Source: a virus. From it: DNA of 45,467 nt. Positions 6,185-15,824 of this stretch are shown piece after piece; the first letter of the stretch is position 1, and every line of letters begins with the position of its first letter. Position numbers and translations under genes: made by a program. The stretch lies in the IMG/VR virus record IMGVR_UViG_3300045988_055950, one strand, 5' to 3'. The notes under the pieces are model-generated. The model was not told the origin of the DNA. It saw nothing but the letters and a program-made list of their open reading frames with translations, and made no database searches.

Positions 6185-7555
6185 ATGGAACTTTTCAAAC
6201 ATCAGCAGGAAGCACTGGAACAGACCAAAGACCTGAACAGGGTTGCATATTACCTGGACATGGGTCTTGGAAAAACCTTTGTTGGTGCTGAAAAAATGAA
6301 AGTTATGAATTCACCAGTGAATCTGATTGTTTGTCAGAAGTCAAAAATTCAGGACTGGATTGACCATTTCAATGAACATTATGCAGTAGAAGAAAGGTCA
6401 GCATTTCAGAAAGACTTGATTTTTGACCTGACAAACAAGAAGGAATTTGAAAGATTTATCAATGAAGCTGAACAAGCAACAACAGACAACTGGATTCAGG
6501 ATGAATTGACTGGTGAATATTACAGTGAACCTTGTTTATATCCATTCAATGTGCTTGGTGTTATCAATTATGAACTGGCATGGAGAAGGAAAGACCTTTT
6601 AAATCTGCATGATTTTACACTGATGCTTGATGAATCATCACTGATTCAGAATCAGGGTGCAAAGCAGTCAAAATTCATCCTGAAACTGAATCCTGACAAT
6701 GTGATTCTTCTTTCAGGAACACCAACAGCAGGGAAATATGAAAACCTTTGGTCACAGATTCATCTGCTTGGATGGAAGATTTCAGAAGATGTTTACAACA
6801 GACAATATGTGAACTGGACAAAGATTGATATGGGTGGTTTTATTCACAAAATTGTGGATAAAGAAAACCCATACAAGAATGTTGACAGACTGAAATCCAA
6901 GTTGCGTGAACATGGGGCGGTCTTCATGAAGACAGAAGAATGCTTTGACCTTCCTGAACAGACCTTCATTAAACAGTTTGTTCCTGCATCCAAAGAATAC
7001 TGGAAATTCATGAAAGACTGCATCATCACCATTGATGACAAGGAACTGGTTGGTGATACCACACTGACAAAAAGACTTTATGCAAGACAGTTGTGTGGTC
7101 AATACAGTGAATACAAATTGCAGGCATTCAGGGAACTGGTGGAAAGTACACAGGACAGATTGATTGTATTTTACAATTTCACTGCTGAATATCTTGCAAT
7201 GGTTCAAATTGCAGAAGAACTTGGAAGACCACAGTCAATTGTGAATGGTCAACAGAAACAGCTTTTGAATTATGAACAATGTGACAATTCAATCACCTTC
7301 ATCCAGTATCAAGCAGGTGCAATGGGATTGAATCTTCAAAAAGCAAATAAAATCATATATTTCACACTGACTGACAAATCAGAATTATATGAACAGTCAA
7401 AGAAAAGGATTCACAGAATCGGTCAGGAAAAGCCTTGTTTCTATTACATGTTGATGTGTAAGGGCAGTGTGGAAGAAGCAGTTTTGCAGACTTTGGAAAT
7501 GCGAAAAGACTTCACAGATGAATTATTCAATGAATATGAAAGGATGGAAAAATAA
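6185..7555 (+). CDS. SNF2-family helicase
   Basis: Motifs DMGLGKT (I), MLDESS (II), LSGTP (III), QAGAMGLNLQ (V) and QSKKRIHRIGQ (VI). Confidence 0.9.
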   Translation: MELFKHQQEALEQTKDLNRVAYYLDMGLGKTFVGAEKMKVMNSPVNLIVCQKSKIQDWIDHFNEHYAVEERSAFQKDLIFDLTNKKEFERFINEAEQATTDNWIQDELTGEYYSEPCLYPFNVLGVINYELAWRRKDLLNLHDFTLMLDESSLIQNQGAKQSKFILKLNPDNVILLSGTPTAGKYENLWSQIHLLGWKISEDVYNRQYVNWTKIDMGGFIHKIVDKENPYKNVDRLKSKLREHGAVFMKTEECFDLPEQTFIKQFVPASKEYWKFMKDCIITIDDKELVGDTTLTKRLYARQLCGQYSEYKLQAFRELVESTQDRLIVFYNFTAEYLAMVQIAEELGRPQSIVNGQQKQLLNYEQCDNSITFIQYQAGAMGLNLQKANKIIYFTLTDKSELYEQSKKRIHRIGQEKPCFYYMLMCKGSVEEAVLQTLEMRKDFTDELFNEYERMEK

Positions 7556-7557
7556 AG

Positions 7558-8271
7558 ATGGAAAACAACACAACACATGGAAGGAAGGTCATCAGGGGCA
7601 AGCAGCAGTCATATAAGATTGTGAAAAGAAGATTTCTTCTGTTCACCCTGGCGGTTCTTCTGATAGGTGCAATCATTGGTTCAGTGATTGCAGGAATCAC
7701 TGCAAAGAACAAGCAAACAACTTCTGAAAAGAATGAATATATCATGCAGCAGGTCAACCACTATGGTGCATATGATGGAAGGGTCTTCACCAGTGAAATT
7801 TCAATGGACTGGTCAGGTGATGAATATGATTTCATCCCATTGAATTGCAAACTGGATGAATCAACACAGCAGTTCACCTTCTATCTTTGCAAGGGATATG
7901 ACATTGACTGGACACTGGTCATGGCATTGATGCAGAAGGAATCATCTTTCAGGTCAGATGTTATCAGTGCAACTGATGATTATGGACTGATGCAGATTAA
8001 CAAATGCAATCACAAATGGTTGACTGACACAATTGGTGTGACTGACTACCTGGACAAGGAACAGAACATCAGAGCAGGTGTATTTGTTTTAAGGAAATTG
8101 TTTGAAGAATATACAGACCCAAACCTGGTGTTGATGGCATATAACATGGGTGCTGATGGTGCTGAAACCCTTTGGAATAAAGGCATATACACAACACCTT
8201 ATGTTGATGACATTCTTACATATCAGGCAGAATTCAACAAACAGATTGAAGAAAGGAATGGTGACCAGTAA
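7558..8271 (+). CDS. Membrane-anchored lytic transglycosylase (SLT domain)
   Basis: N-terminal TM helix LLFTLAVLLIGAIIGSVIAGI. SLT motifs LMQKESSF, YGLMQIN and AYNMG. Confidence 0.85.
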   Translation: MENNTTHGRKVIRGKQQSYKIVKRRFLLFTLAVLLIGAIIGSVIAGITAKNKQTTSEKNEYIMQQVNHYGAYDGRVFTSEISMDWSGDEYDFIPLNCKLDESTQQFTFYLCKGYDIDWTLVMALMQKESSFRSDVISATDDYGLMQINKCNHKWLTDTIGVTDYLDKEQNIRAGVFVLRKLFEEYTDPNLVLMAYNMGADGAETLWNKGIYTTPYVDDILTYQAEFNKQIEERNGDQ

Positions 8272-8738
8272 TGAAAAAATGTAAACAGGCACTGAATGAC
8301 AACACATGTGACAAGGACTGTTGCTGTTATTATTGTGAAGACTTTGAAACATGTGGACATGCTTGCAGCAACTTTGATGACAAGGAAGAACTTGAACAGC
8401 AGGGTTGTGAAGAACAGTTTGATGAAGAAACTGCATTGCAGGAATTCAACAAGGATTCAAATGCCCTTGCTATCATGCAGCAGATTTCAGCAATCAGCAA
8501 GCAGAAGAAGGAACTGGAAGACAAAGAAAAGGAAGTCAGGGCAGCACTTGAAGCTGCAATGGGTCAGTTTGGAATCAAGTCATTTGAAAATGACATCTTG
8601 AAAGTCACATATGTTGCACCAACTACCAAGACAACCATTGATTCCAAGGCATTGAAGAAGGACAAGCCTGATGTTTATGAAAAATATGCAAAGACATCAA
8701 ATGTCAAAGCATCTGTCAGAATCACAGTCAAGGACTGA
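8271..8738 (+). CDS. Hypothetical; Cys-rich N-terminus plus a Gp157-like coiled-coil C-terminal part (tentative)
   Basis: 155-aa ORF with start/stop overlap to the upstream gene. The architecture resembles siphovirus Gp157-type proteins of recombination modules. The call rests on pattern resemblance only. Confidence 0.4.
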   Translation: MKKCKQALNDNTCDKDCCCYYCEDFETCGHACSNFDDKEELEQQGCEEQFDEETALQEFNKDSNALAIMQQISAISKQKKELEDKEKEVRAALEAAMGQFGIKSFENDILKVTYVAPTTKTTIDSKALKKDKPDVYEKYAKTSNVKASVRITVKD

Positions 8739-8839
8739 TGAACTGACCTGCAAGGATTGTGAAAAATGGAAATGGTGCATTGAAAGTTCCAGGGAATATC
8801 CTTGCATCAGTTTCATAAGAAAGGCGGTGAAAGGAAAGA

Positions 8840-9184
8840 GTGGCAGCAGAAAAAAACTTTGAAAACAAAATCAAAGGATTCCTGAAAGACCATGGATGTT
8901 GGTTCTTGAAATATTGGGGTGGTGCAACATATACCAAATCAGGCATCCCTGACATCCTGGCATGTTGCAATGGAAAGTTCCTTGGAATTGAAGTCAAGGC
9001 AAAGAATGGAAAACCAAGTGAATTGCAGCTTTACAATCTGAAAAAGATTGATGAAGCAGGCGGTTTTGCAATCCTTCTTTATCCTGATGATTTTGAAACC
9101 TTCAAGACCATGATTGAACTGATTCAGAGTGGATGCACATGTGGTCAGTATTATAAAAAATTGAAAGGAAGGTGGTCAAATTGA
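8840..9184 (+). CDS. VRR-NUC domain nuclease
   Basis: GIPDILACCNGKFLGIEVKAKNGKPSELQ fits the PD..(D/E)xK VRR-NUC core. GTG start after AAAGGCGGTGA. Confidence 0.8.
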   Translation: MAAEKNFENKIKGFLKDHGCWFLKYWGGATYTKSGIPDILACCNGKFLGIEVKAKNGKPSELQLYNLKKIDEAGGFAILLYPDDFETFKTMIELIQSGCTCGQYYKKLKGRWSN

Positions 9185-10926
9185 TTGTTTCACACAGCAA
9201 GGTGGAAACATTTGAATCCTGTCCATATCGTTATGATTTAAGATATAACCAGGGAATCAAAACAATTCCACCTGATAATGCAGACAATGCATTATTTCTT
9301 GGAACAGCACTTCACACTGGACTGGAAAAAGATGTTCAGACAGCAATTCATGAATATTTCATGTCATATCCAGTCATCAGTGATGCACAGGTCAATGAAG
9401 CAATGAAACTTGAAGTGATGATTCCAAAGGCAGCAGCAATGATTCCACCAGGTGAACATGAAGTGAAGATTGAAGATGATGATTTCATTGGATTCATTGA
9501 CCTTCTTGCACCTGCAAAAACAGAACAAAAACTTGGTGGTGAACATCAGGTCATCCCAAATGTATATGATTTGTATGATTTCAAGTATTCAAACAATGTC
9601 AGCAAATACAAAGATTCACCACAGCTTCATCTGTATAAATACTTTTTTGAAAAGAACAATCCAGGAAAAATCATTAGGAATCTGTATTTCCTGTTTGTTC
9701 CAAAGGTCAATATCAAACAGTCAAAGAAAGAAGACCTGTTCCAGTTCAGACAAAGATTGCAGGAAGAATTGGACAGGAAAGAACCACAACTGGTTCAAAT
9801 AGAATATGACCCTGAAAAGGTCATCACCTTCCTTCTTTCAACAAAGAACATGTTGGAAGCACAGGAATTCCCACAGAACACAAGTTGGTTATGCAACTTT
9901 TGTGAATACAAGGACTATTGTCAGAAAGGAATTGATTATATGAATTTACCAAGTAGTGAAAGAAGAAACATTTCAGAAACCAAGAAAAGAAAGATTTGGA
10001 TTTATGGTGCTGCATTCAGTGGCAAGACAACCATGCTTGATGATGCACCAAATCCGCTGAACCTGAACACAGATGGAAACATCCAGTTTGTCACAATGCC
10101 TTATGTCAGCATCAAGGATGAAGTCACTGTCAATGGCAGAATGACCAACAGAAAGTTTGCATGGGAAGTATTCAAGGACACCCTTGCAGAACTTGAAAAG
10201 AAGCAGAATGACTTCAAGACCATCATCATTGACCTTCTTGAAGACACCAGGGAAATGTGCAGGGTTTACATGTATGACAATCTTGGAATTCAGCATGAAT
10301 CTGATTCAGGCTTTGGAAAGGGTTGGGATATTATCAAGACAGAATATCTTTCCACAATGAGAAGATTTTTCAATCTTGATTATGAAAATCTTGTGGTTGT
10401 ATCTCATGAAGATATTTCCAAGGACATCACCAAGAAGAATGGTCAGAACATCACAAGAATTGCACCGAACATCCAGGATGCTATTGCAAACAAGATTGCA
10501 GGCATGGTTGATATTGTTGCAAGGGTTGTGGTTGAAGATGATGACAGCAGAACACTGAACTTCAAGCAGAATGAAGTTATCTTTGGCGGTGGCAGATTAA
10601 AGGGAATCAGTCAGACAACCATTCCCCTTTCATGGGATGCACTGATGGATGTTTATGACCAGGCAAATCAGGCAGCAGGAACACCTTCACAGAAGTCCAC
10701 AGAAGCCACACAGAAGCCTGGAAGAAGAAAGGTGAACAATTCCACACCTGATGCAGAAAATGCCCAGGACAAGGCACAGAGTGAACCACAGCAGGCATCT
10801 GAACCAGTGGAAGAACAGCAGGAAGCACCTGCAATGAATCCACCTGAAACAGAAGAAAATCAGGAACAGCAGGCAGAGCCTGAAAAACCAAAAACAAGAG
10901 TTAGAAAAAGAAGGGGTGAAAACTAA
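9172..10926 (+). CDS. Fusion: Cas4/RecB-like PD-(D/E)XK nuclease + AAA_24/Sak4-like ATPase + acidic low-complexity tail
   Basis: N-terminal ESCPYRY plus C-terminal CNFCEYKDYC suggest a 4-Cys cluster. Also IDLL...YDFKY...QLHLY. Walker A is IYGAAFSGKTT. The last ~85 aa are P/E/Q-rich. The start could be the TTG at 9181. Confidence 0.75.
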   Translation: MVKLIVSHSKVETFESCPYRYDLRYNQGIKTIPPDNADNALFLGTALHTGLEKDVQTAIHEYFMSYPVISDAQVNEAMKLEVMIPKAAAMIPPGEHEVKIEDDDFIGFIDLLAPAKTEQKLGGEHQVIPNVYDLYDFKYSNNVSKYKDSPQLHLYKYFFEKNNPGKIIRNLYFLFVPKVNIKQSKKEDLFQFRQRLQEELDRKEPQLVQIEYDPEKVITFLLSTKNMLEAQEFPQNTSWLCNFCEYKDYCQKGIDYMNLPSSERRNISETKKRKIWIYGAAFSGKTTMLDDAPNPLNLNTDGNIQFVTMPYVSIKDEVTVNGRMTNRKFAWEVFKDTLAELEKKQNDFKTIIIDLLEDTREMCRVYMYDNLGIQHESDSGFGKGWDIIKTEYLSTMRRFFNLDYENLVVVSHEDISKDITKKNGQNITRIAPNIQDAIANKIAGMVDIVARVVVEDDDSRTLNFKQNEVIFGGGRLKGISQTTIPLSWDALMDVYDQANQAAGTPSQKSTEATQKPGRRKVNNSTPDAENAQDKAQSEPQQASEPVEEQQEAPAMNPPETEENQEQQAEPEKPKTRVRKRRGEN

Positions 10927-11132
10927 TGGATGAATTATTGAAGATGCTGATTGAAGCAGCAGAGAAAGAAGGAAAGGTGCATGTTATCAAAAAGACTGTC
11001 AACAAGGATAACAGCATTGAAAAGGAAGCACAGGAACTGGCACATGCAAACAAGATTCTGTATGATGCCCACATCAAGGAAGGGTTCACAAGTGAAGAAG
11101 CACTTGCCCTGGTAGTAGCAACATTAAATTAA
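10926..11132 (+). CDS. Hypothetical small protein
   Basis: 68-aa ORF, ATG overlapping the upstream stop (TAATG). Confidence 0.5.
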   Translation: MDELLKMLIEAAEKEGKVHVIKKTVNKDNSIEKEAQELAHANKILYDAHIKEGFTSEEALALVVATLN

Positions 11133-11156
11133 GAAAGGTTAAAAAGGTGAAAAATT

Positions 11157-11642
11157 ATGGCACAGGACATGTTCAGCAGATGGGATAAGGAAATTGACAC
11201 AGAAGGATTGCAGAAGGATGTTGCAGAAGCTGCTGCAAATGGTGGCGGTGGAAATTACAAGGAAGTTCCACATGGTAACTATGAAGTTGCAGTTCAGCAG
11301 ATGGAACTGAAAGCATCCAAGAAGGGTGACCCTATGGTCAGCATTTGGTTCAAGATTGTTTCTGATGGTGAGTACAAGGGCAGCATGATTTTCTATAATC
11401 AGGTTATCACCCAGGGATTTCAGATTCACAACTGCAATGAAATGCTTCGCAAGATGGTTGAAGAAATGGGTGCAGACATGCCTGTTGTGGAATTCAAGAC
11501 ATACAAGCAGTATTCTGAATTACTTATGGACATCTATGAAGCAGTTGCAGACAACTTTGAATATGCTTTGAAGTACACTGCAAACAAGAAGAACAAGGAT
11601 TTCAGTGACTTTGAAATCACAGAAGTATTTGTTCTTGAGTAA
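11157..11642 (+). CDS. DUF669-like protein (putative ssDNA-binding partner of the Sak4-like ATPase)
   Basis: YKEVPHGNYEVAVQQMELKASKKGDPMVSIWFKIVSDGEYKGSMIF matches the DUF669 pattern, and its position after the AAA_24 gene is typical. Confidence 0.6.
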   Translation: MAQDMFSRWDKEIDTEGLQKDVAEAAANGGGGNYKEVPHGNYEVAVQQMELKASKKGDPMVSIWFKIVSDGEYKGSMIFYNQVITQGFQIHNCNEMLRKMVEEMGADMPVVEFKTYKQYSELLMDIYEAVADNFEYALKYTANKKNKDFSDFEITEVFVLE

Positions 11643-11686
11643 TTGAAACAGGTTCTTCCCAAGGTGCAAATTTTTTTGAAAATCTT

Positions 11687-11703
11687 GTATCTTGGGAAGA
11701 TAC
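11687..11703. promoter_or_regulatory. Perfect palindrome GTATCTT-GGG-AAGATAC
   Basis: Read directly. It is intergenic, upstream of the DNA polymerase RBS. Confidence 0.6.
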
Positions 11704-11727
11704 CAAATTGAAAGGAAGGTGAAGAAA

Positions 11728-13479
11728 ATGCTGTTTTATGACTTTGAAGTCTTCAAATATGACTGGTTGGTTGTAGTGATTGATATGACAGAGAAAAAGC
11801 AGCATGTCATCATCAACAACAAGGAAGAACTTGATGAATTGTATCAGGCAAAGAAAAATGACATTTGGGTTGGTTTCAATTCAAATCATTATGACCAGTA
11901 CATATTGAAAGGGATTCTTTGTGGATTTGACCCAAAAAGAATAAATGACTTCATCATTGTCAAAGGCAATCCTGGATGGAAGTTTTCTTCACTGCTTCGC
12001 AACATTCCATTGAACAATTATGATGTGATGTTGAACCTGGACAAAGGATTGAAGTGGTTTGAAGGAAGCATGGGAAACAACATCAAAGAAACTGGTGTTC
12101 CATTTGACATTGACAGGAAACTGACAGAAGCAGAAATTGCTGAAACAGTGAAATATTGTGTGCATGATGTGGAACAGACCATTGAAGTATTCTTGCAGAG
12201 AAAAGAAGAATTCAATGGAAGGTTGGAACTGGTGAAACTTGCCTGCAAGGGCAAACCACTTGACCTGTCCTTGATTTCAAAGACCAAACCACAGTTGACA
12301 GCAATTGTCCTGGATGCACACCGACAGGGTGACAGGGGTGATGAATTTGACATTGACTTCCCTGACACAAACCAGGTGAAAAAATACAAGGATGTTTTGG
12401 ACTGGTATTCAAACCCTGATAATAGATGTTATTACAGACACATTCCAGGCAAGAAGCAGCCTGAAAAAAACCAGTATTCAGTGATGGTTGCAGGATGTCC
12501 ACACACATTTGCATGGGGCGGTGTTCATGGGGCATTGGAACAATATAGTGGTGAAGGATATTATCTGATGATGGATGTTGCTTCCCTTTATCCTTCTTTG
12601 ATGATTAGATACAACCTGCATTCAAGAAACATTGCAGACCCACAAAAATTTGTGGACATCTATCATGAAAGACTGGAACTGAAAAAGAAAAAAGACCCAT
12701 TGCAGGCGGTTCTGAAAATCGTGTTGAATTCAACCTATGGTGTATTAAAGGACAAGAACAATGACTTGTATGACCCTTTAATGTCTAACAAGGTTTGTGT
12801 ATATGGTCAGATTCTTCTGCTTGACTTGATTGAACACATTGAACCTTATGCACAACTGATTCAGTCCAACACAGATGGTATTTTGATAAAAATGCCTGAT
12901 GGACAGGATGAAGAAGAATGGTTCAACCTGATTGATGATATTGCTTGGGAATGGGAACAAAGAACAGGTCTGACACTGGAATTTGATGAATACAGAAAAG
13001 TATTTCAGAAGGATGTGAACAATTACATCATTGTTGCACCTGATGGACATATCAAGTCAAAGGGTGCTTATGTGAAGAAGCTGTCAAATCTTGATTATGG
13101 TGATTTTCCTATTGTAAATCATGCATTGGTTGAATACATGGTCAAGAATGTTCCAGTGGAAAGATTCATTCATAATTGTGATGAACTGAAAGAATTTCAG
13201 ATGGTCACAAAGATAACAAGTAAATATTCCACCATCTTGCATGGTGATGAACCGATAAAAGAAAAATGCATCAGGGTGTTTGCTTCCACCAGGGAAACAG
13301 ATGCAGGTGTGAAGAAGGTGTCAATCAGAACAGGGAAGCCTGAAAAGATTGCATCCAGTCCTGAACACTGCTTCATGTTCAATGAAAACATGACTGATGT
13401 CAGATGTCCTGCATACCTGGACAAAGACTGGTATGTGGAACTTGCAAAGAAAAGACTGAAAGATTTTGGGGTGATGTGA
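11728..13479 (+). CDS. Family B DNA polymerase with 3'-5' exonuclease domain
   Basis: Exo motifs YDFE, NHYDQYIL and YCVHDV. Polymerase motifs DVASLYPSLM (A), LNSTYG (B) and SNTDGI (C). The ATG at 11728 follows GAAAGGAAGGTGAAG. Confidence 0.9.
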   Translation: MLFYDFEVFKYDWLVVVIDMTEKKQHVIINNKEELDELYQAKKNDIWVGFNSNHYDQYILKGILCGFDPKRINDFIIVKGNPGWKFSSLLRNIPLNNYDVMLNLDKGLKWFEGSMGNNIKETGVPFDIDRKLTEAEIAETVKYCVHDVEQTIEVFLQRKEEFNGRLELVKLACKGKPLDLSLISKTKPQLTAIVLDAHRQGDRGDEFDIDFPDTNQVKKYKDVLDWYSNPDNRCYYRHIPGKKQPEKNQYSVMVAGCPHTFAWGGVHGALEQYSGEGYYLMMDVASLYPSLMIRYNLHSRNIADPQKFVDIYHERLELKKKKDPLQAVLKIVLNSTYGVLKDKNNDLYDPLMSNKVCVYGQILLLDLIEHIEPYAQLIQSNTDGILIKMPDGQDEEEWFNLIDDIAWEWEQRTGLTLEFDEYRKVFQKDVNNYIIVAPDGHIKSKGAYVKKLSNLDYGDFPIVNHALVEYMVKNVPVERFIHNCDELKEFQMVTKITSKYSTILHGDEPIKEKCIRVFASTRETDAGVKKVSIRTGKPEKIASSPEHCFMFNENMTDVRCPAYLDKDWYVELAKKRLKDFGVM

Positions 13480-13907
13480 TGGATATACAAATCAAATATG
13501 ACAATGGACAAATGAATATTCATATGGATGCATTCTTTCCAACATCCCAGGCACGATTGAAGAAGCTGTTGAAGATTGTTGACTTGGATTTTGAACATAG
13601 AAATGACATTGTTCAGACCATGCAGCAGTTCTTCCAGGATAAAGTGAAAGAACTGGAAGAAAGAAGAATCAGTTCAGGAAAGAAAGCAGTTGAATATAAA
13701 CAGAAGGTTGCAGACATGACTGCAATCATTGAATCCAGGAAACATCCAAATGGTGTTCCATTAACAAAGGATGAACTGGCAGACATGAAAGAACAGAACA
13801 AACACTTCAAAGCAGTATATGCAGGATGCATTTCTGATTTCAACAGATGCATCAGACAGAAGAATTTGTTCTTGAAACACTTGGAAATTTTAGAGCAAAG
13901 GAAGTGA
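13479..13907 (+). CDS. Hypothetical coiled-coil protein
   Basis: 142 aa from the ATG at 13479, which overlaps the polymerase stop. Confidence 0.55.
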   Translation: MDIQIKYDNGQMNIHMDAFFPTSQARLKKLLKIVDLDFEHRNDIVQTMQQFFQDKVKELEERRISSGKKAVEYKQKVADMTAIIESRKHPNGVPLTKDELADMKEQNKHFKAVYAGCISDFNRCIRQKNLFLKHLEILEQRK

Positions 13908-13913
13908 TGAAGG

Positions 13914-15821
13914 ATGTTTTTCAAAGGTTATGTTGAAACCAAGGACAAAAAGTGCATTGAAAAATTCAAAAACAGAACAGACTTCAAGACTTATGAGCAA
14001 GTCAAGTCACTTCCTGAATTTGCAGGAATTTTGGATGAAGAAACAATCCTGGTTGACATTGATGATTTTGAACAGTCAGAAGTGTTGATGAATATTGTGG
14101 AAGACCTTCAATTGAATTGCAGGGTTTACGCAACAACCAGGGGAAAGCACTTTTTGTTCAAGAATGCAGGTGTGGACAAATGTTTCACACATTGCAAACT
14201 GGCAATTGGTTTGACAGCAGACATCAAGGTTGGTGTGAAAAACAGCTATGAAATATTGAAATATGATGGAAAAGAAAGACAAATCATATATGACATATAC
14301 CTGGAAGATGGTGAAGAATATCAGGAAATTCCAAAATGGATGAAACCAGTCAGGGGAAAAGCTGAATTCCTGGACATGGATGCAGGTGATGGAAGAAATC
14401 AGGCATTGTTCAATTACATCCTGACATTGCAGTCAGCAGACTTTGAAAAGGAAGAAGCAAGGGATTGTTTGCGAATGATAAACAAATATGTCCTGAAAGA
14501 ACCACTTGCAGAAGATGAACTGGATGTCATCATGCGTGATGAAGCATTCAGCAAGCCTATTTTCTACAAGGGAACAACCTTCCTGTTTGATAAGTTTGCA
14601 GTGTTCCTGAAAAATAATCATCACATCATCAGGGTGAACAGTCAGCTTCACATGTATAAAGATGGAATCTATGTTTCAGGTCAGGAAGAAATTGAAGCGG
14701 TAATGATTCAGCATATTCCACAGTTGAACAGAGCAAAAAGACAGGAAGTCATGGCATACCTGAATATTTTAATCAGGGATAACACAAAGACAGCACCTGC
14801 ATGTGTGATTGCATTCAGAAATGGTCTTTATAATGTTTTGACTGACAGTTTTTCAGAATTCACACCTGATGTGGTCATTACAAATAAAATTCCATGGGAT
14901 TTCAACAGACAGGCATCCAGTGAAGTGATTGACAACATGCTTGACAATGTGTCTTGTGGTGACCATGAAATCAGGTCACTGCTTGAAGAAATAGTTGGTG
15001 CTTGCATGTATAGGTCAAACACCCTTGCAGGTGGTAAAGCATTCATTCTGACAGGAACAGGAAGCAATGGAAAAAGTACATACTTGAAAACACTGTCAAA
15101 CCTTATGTCAGAAAAGAATATATCAGCACTTGACCTGAAAAAGTTGGGTGACAGATTCAGTACAGTCATGATGTTTGGAAAACTTGCAAACATTGGTGAT
15201 GACATTTCAAATGAATTTGTGACTGACACATCACTGTTCAAGAAGATTGTCACTGGTGAAACCATAGATGCAGAACAGAAGGGTCAACCAAAGTTTGACT
15301 TCAAACCATTCTGCAAGCTGCTGTTTTCAGCAAATAACATTCCAAGAATGGGAAAGGGTTCTGATTCACAGGCAATCATGAGAAGACTTGTTATTGTTCC
15401 ATTCAATGCAAAATTCAAGTCTGATGACCCAAATTTCAGACCAGGAATTGAAGAAGACCTGAAAGGTCAGGAATCAATGGAATATCTGATTCAGCTTGGA
15501 ATCCAGGGATTGAAAAGGGTTCTTGCAGCAAAGAACTTCACAACATCTGATGCTATCAAGCAGGAACTGGAAGAATATGAAGAAAGAAACAATCCACTTC
15601 TGATGTTTGTGAAAGATTGTGAAGATGAAGAATTTGACATGCAGACTGAACCAACATCAGCGGTTTATGACAGATACAAGGAATTTTGTCTTGCTGAATC
15701 ATTGCAGGCATTATCAAAGATTGAGTTCAGCAGACAGATGGTCAAGACCTTTGGCTTTCAGATTATTGACAAGAAAATCAATGGTAAAAAATACAGATTA
15801 TTTCAGAAGGTGGTGAACTAA
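13914..15821 (+). CDS. Primase-helicase (prim-pol N-terminal domain + P4/D5-type SF3 helicase)
   Basis: ILVDIDD and TRGKHFLF (prim-pol-like). Walker A LTGTGSNGKST. Walker B-like LANIGDD. Confidence 0.85.
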   Translation: MFFKGYVETKDKKCIEKFKNRTDFKTYEQVKSLPEFAGILDEETILVDIDDFEQSEVLMNIVEDLQLNCRVYATTRGKHFLFKNAGVDKCFTHCKLAIGLTADIKVGVKNSYEILKYDGKERQIIYDIYLEDGEEYQEIPKWMKPVRGKAEFLDMDAGDGRNQALFNYILTLQSADFEKEEARDCLRMINKYVLKEPLAEDELDVIMRDEAFSKPIFYKGTTFLFDKFAVFLKNNHHIIRVNSQLHMYKDGIYVSGQEEIEAVMIQHIPQLNRAKRQEVMAYLNILIRDNTKTAPACVIAFRNGLYNVLTDSFSEFTPDVVITNKIPWDFNRQASSEVIDNMLDNVSCGDHEIRSLLEEIVGACMYRSNTLAGGKAFILTGTGSNGKSTYLKTLSNLMSEKNISALDLKKLGDRFSTVMMFGKLANIGDDISNEFVTDTSLFKKIVTGETIDAEQKGQPKFDFKPFCKLLFSANNIPRMGKGSDSQAIMRRLVIVPFNAKFKSDDPNFRPGIEEDLKGQESMEYLIQLGIQGLKRVLAAKNFTTSDAIKQELEEYEERNNPLLMFVKDCEDEEFDMQTEPTSAVYDRYKEFCLAESLQALSKIEFSRQMVKTFGFQIIDKKINGKKYRLFQKVVN

Positions 15822-15824
15822 TAC

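Noticed and set aside
8671-8862. A 63-aa ORF ending in a Cys-rich peptide (CKDCEKWKWC...) between the Gp157-like gene and the VRR-NUC gene.
   Set aside because: All its ATG codons lie inside the upstream gene and have no RBS. The unique part has no start codon and contains the RBS of the VRR-NUC gene. It is possibly real but not supportable from sequence alone.
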